The position numbers were made by a program, and so were the translations under genes. This document shows positions 47,719 through 57,542 of a stretch of 64,000 nt of DNA, piece by piece. Position 1 is the stretch's first letter. The number at the start of each line of letters is the position of its first letter. Source of the DNA: an uncultured delta proteobacterium (lineage in GTDB: Bacteria > Myxococcota > UBA727 > VGSZ01); the NCBI GenBank assembly GCA_963775425.1, contig CAVZJB010000007.1, forward strand, positions 160,001 through 224,000. Reading direction: 5' to 3'. A model generated the notes under the pieces. That model ran no database searches and was not told the DNA's origin. It worked only from the letters and a program-made list of their open reading frames with translations.

Positions 47719-49814
47719 CGGCGGTGGCCCGCCGCTCCCTCCCGGCGCCGATCGCCCTCGCGGCGCTCGCCCTCGTGGCCGCGTGCGCGCCGGCGGTCAC
47801 CGGCGTCGAGGTCGAGGTCACCTTCGACCCCTCGCTCGCCGTCGATCAGCTCGTGTTCACGTTGTCCGCGGACGGCGCCGCCGCCGTCGATCCCGTCAAG
47901 GCGCCCGCGGAACCGACGCTCCTCACGAGCGGCGACGAGAGCGCGGGCTTCATCGTCCCCGACGACATGGCCGGCAAGTCCGTCACCGTCTCCGTCGAGG
48001 CCGACGACAACGGCGTCCCCGTCGCGCGCGGCTCCGCCAAGGTGCTCACCAAGGCCGGCGACATCGTCACCGTCGTCGTCGACGCCGCCCGGATCGCCGG
48101 CTGCGGCGACGGCGTCGTCGACGCGCCCGAGGCCTGCGACGACGGCAACACCGGCGCCGACGACGGCTGCGACGGCGCGTGCGAGGTGGAGCTCGGGTGG
48201 GACTGCGCGGGCGAGCCCAGCGTCTGCCAGCGCTGCGGCGACGGCATCACGGAGGGCACCGAGGGCTGCGACGACGCCAACTTCGACGACGGCGACGGCT
48301 GCAGCGCCTGCCACGTCGACGACGGCTTCACCTGCGACACCGGCGCCGTCCCCTCCGTGTGCGCTCCGCCGTGCGGCGACGGCATCATCGGCGGTGCCGA
48401 GACCTGCGACGACGGCGGCAACGACGACGGCGACGGCTGCTCGAGCGCCTGCGCGGTCGAGGCCGGTTGGACGTGTGACGGCGCCGAGCCCACCACGTGC
48501 ACGCCCGTCTGCGGCGACGGCCTCGTCGTCGGCGGCGAGGCCTGCGACGACGGCGGCACCGACGACGGCGACGGCTGCTCGTCCGCCTGCACCGTCGAAG
48601 GCGGCTTCGCCTGCGTCACCGACGATGGCGCCGCGCCGCAGAGCACGTGCGCCCCCGTGTGCGGCGACGGCCTCGTGCGCGGCGGCGAAGAGTGCGACGA
48701 CGGCGCAGACGCGGCCACGGGCAACAGCGACACCCGGCCGAACGCCTGCCGCACCGACTGCACCGGTCCGCGCTGCGGCGACGGCGTCACCGACGACACC
48801 CTCGGCGAGGAGTGCGACGACAACGACGCCAACACCGACAACGCCGACGGCTGCCTCACCGGCTGCCGGCTCCCCTCCTGCGGCGACGGCTTCCTCGAGG
48901 GCGGCGAGGCGTGCGACGACGGAAACGGCGCCGACCTCGACGGCTGCTCGTCGTCGTGCGCCGTCGAGGGCGGCAGCACCTGTGGCGGCGCGCCCAGCTT
49001 CTGCGTCCCCTCGGCGCGCGCGCACAGCGTCGGCGCCGGCGGCGACTTCGCCACCGTCGGCGCGGCCGTCGCCTCCGCGGCGGTGCTGGACGGCGACACG
49101 CTCTTCCTCGCGAGCCAGCGCTTCGACGAGGGCACCGTCGACGTCGCCAGCAAGGACCTCGCCATCGTCGGCGTCCCCGGCACCGTCATCGGCTTCGCCG
49201 GCGGCAACGGCGAGACCATCCGCATCACCAACGGGAGCGACGTGCTCTTGCAGGGGGTCGCCGTCGAGGACGACAGCAACAACCGCTCCGCCATCCGAGT
49301 GGAGGACGCCGGCACCAGCCTGACGATCGTCGGCTGCACCATCGGGCCGTCGAGGAACCTGGGCGTCGACGCGCGCGCGGGAACCAACGTCGTCATTCGG
49401 CGCTCGCTCGTGACGCAAAACAGCGGAGGCGGCATGAGCATTGCTGGCAGCTTCACGGTCGAAAACACCGTGGTGCGCGACAACGGCTCCGCGGGCGTCA
49501 CCCTCGCCGGCGCAGGCACGCTCCGCTTCGACACCGTCACGGCGAACCAGGGCGGCGGCGTGACGTGCGGCGCCGCCACGGAGGTGACGTCCTCCATCGT
49601 CTTCGGAAACGGCGGCGCGCAGGTGTCGAGCGGGTGCGACGCGTCCACGAGCGACACCGGCCAGGAGCCGCTCTTCGAGGCCGACGGCGTGCACGTCGCC
49701 GCGGGCTCGCCCGTCGTCGACGCTGGCGGCGGCGACTGCCCCGCGCTCGACTTCGACGGCGACGCGCGGCCCATCAACGGCGCCTGCGACGCCGGCGCGG
49801 ACGAGCGGCCATGA
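47715..49814 (+). CDS. Lipoprotein with Myxococcus Cys-rich (DUF4215-like) repeats and a right-handed beta-helix
   Basis: Lipobox VAAC; seven CGDG...E.CDD...C units; beta-helix-like region; terminal DFDGDARP...CDAGADE. Confidence 0.88.
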   Translation: MTAVARRSLPAPIALAALALVAACAPAVTGVEVEVTFDPSLAVDQLVFTLSADGAAAVDPVKAPAEPTLLTSGDESAGFIVPDDMAGKSVTVSVEADDNGVPVARGSAKVLTKAGDIVTVVVDAARIAGCGDGVVDAPEACDDGNTGADDGCDGACEVELGWDCAGEPSVCQRCGDGITEGTEGCDDANFDDGDGCSACHVDDGFTCDTGAVPSVCAPPCGDGIIGGAETCDDGGNDDGDGCSSACAVEAGWTCDGAEPTTCTPVCGDGLVVGGEACDDGGTDDGDGCSSACTVEGGFACVTDDGAAPQSTCAPVCGDGLVRGGEECDDGADAATGNSDTRPNACRTDCTGPRCGDGVTDDTLGEECDDNDANTDNADGCLTGCRLPSCGDGFLEGGEACDDGNGADLDGCSSSCAVEGGSTCGGAPSFCVPSARAHSVGAGGDFATVGAAVASAAVLDGDTLFLASQRFDEGTVDVASKDLAIVGVPGTVIGFAGGNGETIRITNGSDVLLQGVAVEDDSNNRSAIRVEDAGTSLTIVGCTIGPSRNLGVDARAGTNVVIRRSLVTQNSGGGMSIAGSFTVENTVVRDNGSAGVTLAGAGTLRFDTVTANQGGGVTCGAATEVTSSIVFGNGGAQVSSGCDASTSDTGQEPLFEADGVHVAAGSPVVDAGGGDCPALDFDGDARPINGACDAGADERP

Positions 49815-50488
49815 GCGGCTTGCGCGGCGTCCGCAACAACGTCGGTGGTGGCGGCAACGCCGTCGGCGGCCGCGGCATGGGCGACGCCCCGGCGCGCGTG
49901 TCGCTCAAGGACCTGCCGCTCGAGGAGCAGCACGCCTGGGAGATCATCGAGTCGTTGAAGTCGATGAGCGAGACGGAGCTGCGCGACAAGATCGTCGAGG
50001 CGGCGGGGGCCACGGAGCCCGTCGGCGCCGGCGGGCTCAAGGCCATCGCGGAGCTGTACGAGTCGCTCGACATGACGCTGTCGGCGCCGGGCGTGCAGCG
50101 CTTCAAGCAGGACCGCGGCCTGGTGGGCGGGACGTCTTTGAGCGGCGCGGTGGCCAAGGCCTACGCGCGCGCGCTCGACGGTGACGAGGTGATTGTGCGC
50201 GTGAACCGCCGCGAGGAGTCCGCGCTGCGGCCGAGCGAGCGCGCCTGCCTCCAGTTCCTGCGTGAATTCGGCAAGCGCTTCGGCGCCCACGAGCTGACGC
50301 CGGTGAAGCGCGGCCTCGGGCTCGGCAACCCGCCGCTGCCGGAGGCGGCGCAGGAGCTCGCCAACGAATACGTCGGGGTGACCACCGTGCAAGAGATCGC
50401 CAAAGCAACCACCATGCGCGAGATCCCTCTGACGCGCGCCGGCCTGCGCGCGCTCGCCGCCGCGCTGCGCGAGGAGGGCGGCCGATGA
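49811..50488 (+). CDS. Hypothetical cytoplasmic protein
   Basis: ATGA overlaps at both ends; normal globular composition; no signal peptide. Confidence 0.65.
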   Translation: MSGLRGVRNNVGGGGNAVGGRGMGDAPARVSLKDLPLEEQHAWEIIESLKSMSETELRDKIVEAAGATEPVGAGGLKAIAELYESLDMTLSAPGVQRFKQDRGLVGGTSLSGAVAKAYARALDGDEVIVRVNRREESALRPSERACLQFLREFGKRFGAHELTPVKRGLGLGNPPLPEAAQELANEYVGVTTVQEIAKATTMREIPLTRAGLRALAAALREEGGR

Positions 50489-51414
50489 GCCCGCTCGTCG
50501 TCGCGCTCGTCGTCGCGGCCGCCGCTCCCGCCGCTCCCGCCGCTCCCGTCGCTGGGGCCGCCGGTGACGCCGCGGCCCCGGCGGCGCCGGATCCGGGCCA
50601 CGCGTTCAAGCGCATCGCCGTGATGAAGACCGACGTGGTCGGCGCCGTCGACGCCGCGCTCGCGCCGCAGATCACCTCCAAGCTCGCGGAGGAGGTGCGG
50701 GCGCAGACGCACGCGGAGGTCATCTCGTCCGACGAGATCATCGCGCTCCTCAAGCACGAGAAGGAGCGCGCCATCGTCGGTGAGTGCAAGGAGCAGGAGA
50801 GCTGCCTCGCGGAGCTCGCCAACGCGCTCGGCGCGGAGGTGGTCGTGTCGGCCAGGCTCACGTCCACGCCGGGCAAGGGGGGCGCCGGCGGGTACGCGCT
50901 CGCGGTGAGCGCCGTCGACGCCACCAGCGCGTCGGTGGTGGGGCGCGTGAACGAGTCCTGGGGCGGCGACGCGCTCGGGCTCCTCGCGCTCGTGCGGCCG
51001 GTGGTCACGCGCTTGTTCGCCACCACGTCCATCCCCAAGGGCTCCATCGAGGTCGTCGGCGCGCTGCCCGGCAGCAAGATCCTCGTCGACGATCAGGTGC
51101 GCGGGTCCGCGGAGCTGCCCACGGTGGCCGGCCTCCTCGTCGGCGGCCACCACGTGGTGGTGCAGCACGACGACATGAAGCCGGTGGACAAGTGGGTGAT
51201 CGTCGAGGACGGCAAGCTCGCGTCGCTGGCGGTGACGCAGGAGTCCGTGAGCGGCCCCTTCTACACGTCGTGGTGGTTCTGGACCGCCGCCGGCGCGGGC
51301 GTCGCCGTCGCCGGCGCCACCACCGCCGGCATCGTCCTCGCCCTCGGCGGTGGCGGCAAGACGGGCGTGAACGTCCAGCTCAACGCCGACAACACGCTCG
51401 GAGGCTCCCGATGA
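50485..51414 (+). CDS. Secreted PEGA domain protein
   Basis: C-x4-CLAELANALGAE..V; GSIEV...GSKILVDD...GGHHV; PFYTSWWFW tail. Confidence 0.78.
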   Translation: MSPLVVALVVAAAAPAAPAAPVAGAAGDAAAPAAPDPGHAFKRIAVMKTDVVGAVDAALAPQITSKLAEEVRAQTHAEVISSDEIIALLKHEKERAIVGECKEQESCLAELANALGAEVVVSARLTSTPGKGGAGGYALAVSAVDATSASVVGRVNESWGGDALGLLALVRPVVTRLFATTSIPKGSIEVVGALPGSKILVDDQVRGSAELPTVAGLLVGGHHVVVQHDDMKPVDKWVIVEDGKLASLAVTQESVSGPFYTSWWFWTAAGAGVAVAGATTAGIVLALGGGGKTGVNVQLNADNTLGGSR

Positions 51415-53441
51415 CCCCGACGCCCCCGATGCCCCCGATGCCACCGATGCCCCCGATGCCACCGGGGCCCCCGATGCCCCCGGGGACGCCGCGGATCCCG
51501 CGCGCGGCGGCGGTCGCCCTGGGCGCGCGCGCGGCGGCCCTCGCCGGGCTCTTCGCGCTCGCGCTCTGCGGCTGCCTGCGGCCCGCGATCAGCGTGCGCG
51601 CCCCCGGCCGCATCGCGAGCGCGCTCTCGGTGGTCTCCGATCTCGAGGCGTCCGCCGTGCTCGTCCCCGCGAAGGGCGGCGCGCTGCCGGCGGTGGACCT
51701 CGCGCGGGGCAAGGACGGCGTCACCTTCTCCGGCTTCCTCGCCGCCGACCCCGGGCAGTACACGCTCGAGGTCACGTTCACCGGCGTCCCCGCCGGGGGC
51801 GCGCGGCACTTCCTCGGCCGGCTCACGTCCGACTCCTTCACCGTGACCCAGGGCGACGCCGCCACGCCGGCGTTCGGCTCGCCCGTGGACACGCTCGGGC
51901 GCGACGGCGACCACGGCGACGACGACGGCGACGGCCTCGGGTTCCTCGACGAGCTCCTGCTCGGCACCGACCTCGAGTCCGCCGACAGCGACGGCGACGG
52001 CGTGGACGACGGCGCCGACTGCCGCCCCACCGACGATCAGGACGCGTTCACCATCGTCGACGGCGGCACCTTCGAGGACTGCGACGGCGACGGCTTCCGC
52101 GCGGTGACCTCGCCGCTCGGCGAGCCCGGCCAGGACTGCGACGACGAAAACGGCGGCGTCCACCCCGGCGTCCACGACGACTGCACCAACTCCGTCGACG
52201 AGGACTGCAACCCGCAGACCTGCCCCATCGCCGACTTCGAGGGGCCCGCCGTGGAGGTGGTCTCGCCGGCCGACGGCGCCACCATCGGCTGCAACACGCC
52301 GTTCGTCGTGCACGCCACCGATCCGTCGGACGTCGCGTCCGCGTTCATCACGGCGCCCGACGCGCCGCTCGCCGGCGGAACGCAGCGCACGGTGGCGCTC
52401 CTCGCGGACGACGACGGCGTCACCTTTCGCGCCGAAAACGGCTTCGGCTTCAGCGGTGGCGGCATGAGCGACGGCGCGTTCGCCGTCGACGTCACCGCCG
52501 CCGACAACGCCGCCAACTCCAACACCGTGCACGCCTCGTACACGCTGGCGCTCGGCTTCCCGTCGGTGACCATGAGCGGGCCCGACACCATCACCGACGG
52601 CGCGCCGGTCGACGTCACCATCACGCCGACGGGTCCGCGGCCGCTGGCGTCGCTGGAGCTGCGGGCCGCGCCGTTCAACGCGTCCACCACGCTGCTCGAT
52701 CTCGACAACGAGATCACGCTCGGCGCGGTGGCGGCCACGGGCGGCACGCTGAGCGTCGACCCGGGCGATCTCCCCGGCGACTTCGTCGTCTACCCCGTCG
52801 CCGTCGACGACGTCGGCAACAAGGCGGCGCCGTCGGTGTCCGCGAGCTTCGTCGCCTCGTTCGGCACCGTGAACACCGGGTACCTGTGCGACGGCGTGAG
52901 CCACTCCGTGCCCGGCATCGCGCGGCGCCAGAACCTCGGCCCCGTCACGATGCGCGACCACCTCCAGGAGGCCATCGACGCCGCCCACGCCGTCGACCCC
53001 GCGGCGTTCCTCGTCATCATCATCGGCTTCGGCGCCGCCGCCGACGGCACCATCGACCTCGCGAGCACCGACTTCCTCCGTTGGACCTACGGCTTCGCCG
53101 TGCCGAGCCGTATCCAACAGCTCGGCGACAACGCCGACGGGATCTCGGTGAATTGGTACTCCGCCGGCTTCGGCGACATCCCGCAGGTCAACGAGCAAGA
53201 CGGCAGCGTCTTCGAGCAGGACGCCATCGTGAACGTCGACGGCATGATCGACTCCGACGTCGTCGCCGCGGCGTACCCGTGCGGCGGCGTCGGCTTGCAG
53301 GGCACGTCCGACGACTACATCCAGTACATCCGCATCACGAGCGACAACGCCGATCAGGTGGCCGTCACGCCCGTCAGCGGCGCCGACTGGGGCGTGCACG
53401 CCGACGACCTCAGCCAGGAGACCTTCGGATGCCTGCAGTGA
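51411..53441 (+). CDS. Acidic lipoprotein with TSP3-like Ca-binding and MopE-like repeats and Ig-like domains
   Basis: LCGC lipobox; DDDGDGL, DSDGDGVDDGAD, DCDGDGF, DCDD...HPG...C..VDEDC; N-terminal (PPM)n. Confidence 0.75.
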   Translation: MTPTPPMPPMPPMPPMPPGPPMPPGTPRIPRAAAVALGARAAALAGLFALALCGCLRPAISVRAPGRIASALSVVSDLEASAVLVPAKGGALPAVDLARGKDGVTFSGFLAADPGQYTLEVTFTGVPAGGARHFLGRLTSDSFTVTQGDAATPAFGSPVDTLGRDGDHGDDDGDGLGFLDELLLGTDLESADSDGDGVDDGADCRPTDDQDAFTIVDGGTFEDCDGDGFRAVTSPLGEPGQDCDDENGGVHPGVHDDCTNSVDEDCNPQTCPIADFEGPAVEVVSPADGATIGCNTPFVVHATDPSDVASAFITAPDAPLAGGTQRTVALLADDDGVTFRAENGFGFSGGGMSDGAFAVDVTAADNAANSNTVHASYTLALGFPSVTMSGPDTITDGAPVDVTITPTGPRPLASLELRAAPFNASTTLLDLDNEITLGAVAATGGTLSVDPGDLPGDFVVYPVAVDDVGNKAAPSVSASFVASFGTVNTGYLCDGVSHSVPGIARRQNLGPVTMRDHLQEAIDAAHAVDPAAFLVIIIGFGAAADGTIDLASTDFLRWTYGFAVPSRIQQLGDNADGISVNWYSAGFGDIPQVNEQDGSVFEQDAIVNVDGMIDSDVVAAAYPCGGVGLQGTSDDYIQYIRITSDNADQVAVTPVSGADWGVHADDLSQETFGCLQ

Positions 53442-54387
53442 GTCGCGCGGCGAGCGCGCGCCACTCCTCGGGACGCAGCGCGCACGCGTAGAGGGCGAGC
53501 GACGCGCCGGTGAAGGCGCCGATGTCCATGGTGGCCTCGATGCCGAGGTGCATGGCCAGACCGAACAGCAGGTACAGCTCGCGGAAGCGGACGCGGTCGA
53601 GGAGGCGCTTGAGGCGCGACGTCGACGACGCGCGCTCGCGCAGGAACACCGACAGCACGAAGAGCGGGCCGAGCGCCTCGAAGCACCACACCGCCGTCGT
53701 GGCCACCTGTGTGAGCGGGAAGGACCACGCGGGCAGGCCGCCGCCGAAGCGCGCCCACATGGGTTGGTGCAGGATGTTCCACAAGGCGTCGGCGCTGCCG
53801 CCGGGCACCCAGCCGGACGACGCCTTCATCATTGCGGTGCCGCCGTACAACAGCCCCATCTGGAGCACGAGCAACATGCGCGGCCAACGCGACGCCTCGA
53901 GAGGGGGACGCCCACGTCGCCGGCGCAGCCACGCGTCGACGGAGAGCGTGCGGCCGCAGCCCGACAAGAGCAGAAGGAAGAGCGTGTCGACGAGGAGGTT
54001 GTCGTACGCGGCGCGCGCGTCGTACGCGGTGCCGATGAGCGCGCGGAAGGTGAGCCACGCGACGAGCAGCATCGGCCTCGTCAAGAGGCCGGCGCAGGCG
54101 CACAACGACGCGAGCGCGCACACCGACGCGACCACCACCACGCTCGCCTCGGTGTTGCCACCGACGAGGTCGAAGAGCCAATCGCTGTGCTGCCCGATGC
54201 CGCCGTGTGCGGGGCTCGTCCAGGAAAACACGGCCGAGCCGTTCAAGAGCATGCGCAGCACGTGACCGCCGAGCGTGCCGGCGGCGACGACGCGGCAGAG
54301 CGCGAGCGAGAGCGCGTCCTCGCGCGCGCCCACGAAGGCGACGAGCCCGCCCCACGCCCGCGCGGGCCCTCTGGCCGCGGGGCTCAC
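53410..54387 (-). CDS. HTTM-domain membrane protein (SdpB / vitamin K-dependent carboxylase-related)
   Basis: SLALCRV, GLLTR, LSVDAW, WPRMLLVLQ..LYGGTAMMK...W..G, FE, MHLGI..MDIGAF. Confidence 0.82.
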   Translation of the reverse strand: MSPAARGPARAWGGLVAFVGAREDALSLALCRVVAAGTLGGHVLRMLLNGSAVFSWTSPAHGGIGQHSDWLFDLVGGNTEASVVVVASVCALASLCACAGLLTRPMLLVAWLTFRALIGTAYDARAAYDNLLVDTLFLLLLSGCGRTLSVDAWLRRRRGRPPLEASRWPRMLLVLQMGLLYGGTAMMKASSGWVPGGSADALWNILHQPMWARFGGGLPAWSFPLTQVATTAVWCFEALGPLFVLSVFLRERASSTSRLKRLLDRVRFRELYLLFGLAMHLGIEATMDIGAFTGASLALYACALRPEEWRALAARLTAGIRRSPG

Positions 54388-55079
54388 GGCGTCACCGGTG
54401 GCAGCGCGTCCCGGAGCACGGTGACCTCGCGGCCGTACGACGGCGGCGGCGCCGTCCAGCCCGGCGGGGCGTGTCCGGGCGGAGACGCGACGCGGGCGAA
54501 GCGGCACTGGACGACGGCGAGGGCGGGTCGCGCGGCGAAGGCGCGGCGGGCGACGGCGGTGCAGCCGCGCGTGTACGCGGTCCTGTCGAGGGGCCAGCCC
54601 CACTTGAAGACGGCGGAGCGGATGCGCGAGGCCTCGAGCACGGTCTTCATGAACCCGTGCGCGGGATCGCCGCGGCGGTAGAGGAGCTCCCAGTCGCAGG
54701 CGTCGTCCCTGACGGGGCAAGCGCGCGCGCGCACCTCGAAGGTGTCGCTGGTGGTGGTGCCGGCGACGAACATCGCCCACGACTGGTGTTGGCCGGTGAG
54801 CGCCAGGTACGGGCGAAACGGCGACGAGATCGCGCGCCGCGTGTGCAAGAGGAGCCGCGCGGCCTGGTAGAGCCGATCCTCGAACACCGGCAGCGGCATG
54901 CCGAGCCGCTCGGCCCACGCCTGCAGCTCGCGCTCCACCCGCGGCTCGGACCAGCGCCGGCGGTTCATGCCCATGCTGACGTCGGGGATGACGTCGGCGC
55001 AGCTCGCCGCGACGTGGAACACCACGAACACGGCGACGACGTGGGTCCAGATGCGGCGCACGCCTCGTCTGTACCGCAT
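54384..55079 (-). CDS. HTTM partner protein (DUF5819/SdpA-like)
   Basis: N-terminal TM (AVFVVFH); PYLALTGQHQSWAMF motif; GTGA overlap with the HTTM gene. Start may be GTG 55061. Confidence 0.65.
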   Translation of the reverse strand: MRYRRGVRRIWTHVVAVFVVFHVAASCADVIPDVSMGMNRRRWSEPRVERELQAWAERLGMPLPVFEDRLYQAARLLLHTRRAISSPFRPYLALTGQHQSWAMFVAGTTTSDTFEVRARACPVRDDACDWELLYRRGDPAHGFMKTVLEASRIRSAVFKWGWPLDRTAYTRGCTAVARRAFAARPALAVVQCRFARVASPPGHAPPGWTAPPPSYGREVTVLRDALPPVTP

Positions 55080-55140
55080 GGCGCGCGCCCGCGCGACGCG
55101 TTCGGAGCGACGGCGAAGCCGCCTCGAACGCAGGGGCGGA

Positions 55141-57037
<1,897 letters not shown>

Positions 57038-57064
57038 GTTGACCTCGTGACCTGCTGGTCCGGC

Positions 57065-57520
57065 TTAACGCACCACGTCGCCGCCGTCATTCCGCCCCGC
57101 CCCGCGCGCACGGCCGCGCAACGCCGCCACCGCCCGCGCGCCGTCCGTGCCGAGCGCCGTGGCCGCCCCGAACAGCACGCTGACCGCGCCGCCGATCTGC
57201 GTCACGGCCCACGACGACGACGACGACGGCAGGCCCGCTCGCGCGGCCGCCACCAGGGCCAGACCGCACAGCACGCTCGTGGCCGGGCCCGCCGCGAAGA
57301 ACGCCGCCGCCCGCGGATCAGCGGCCGGGGGGCGCGGCCGCGCTCGATCTTCCAGGTCGGCCTCGACGACGACGCCGAAGAACCCGCGCCGCCGCTCGAG
57401 CCGGACGCGCACCGCGCGCGCCCCCAGCGCCCGCGCCGCCAGCGCGTGCCCCGCCTCGTGCAGCGCGAGCGCCGCGGGCAGGCTGGCGACGACGACAAAG
57501 ACGACGGCGAAGACGCTCAC
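57065..57520 (-). CDS. Small M50 (site-2 protease)-like membrane protein
   Basis: LALHEAGHALAA (HExxH in a TM), AAGP, TDG. Confidence 0.6.
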   Translation of the reverse strand: MSVFAVVFVVVASLPAALALHEAGHALAARALGARAVRVRLERRRGFFGVVVEADLEDRARPRPPAADPRAAAFFAAGPATSVLCGLALVAAARAGLPSSSSSWAVTQIGGAVSVLFGAATALGTDGARAVAALRGRARGAGRNDGGDVVR

Positions 57521-57542
57521 GCCCCGATCTTGACCCGCCGCA

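Noticed and set aside
57038-57070. Possible glmS ribozyme (minus strand AAGCC-GGACC-AGCA-GGTC-ACGAGG loosely recalls its 5' core)
   Set aside because: Only about 27 nt separate the upstream stop from the ATG, so there is no room for the downstream pairings; GAGG is simply the SD.
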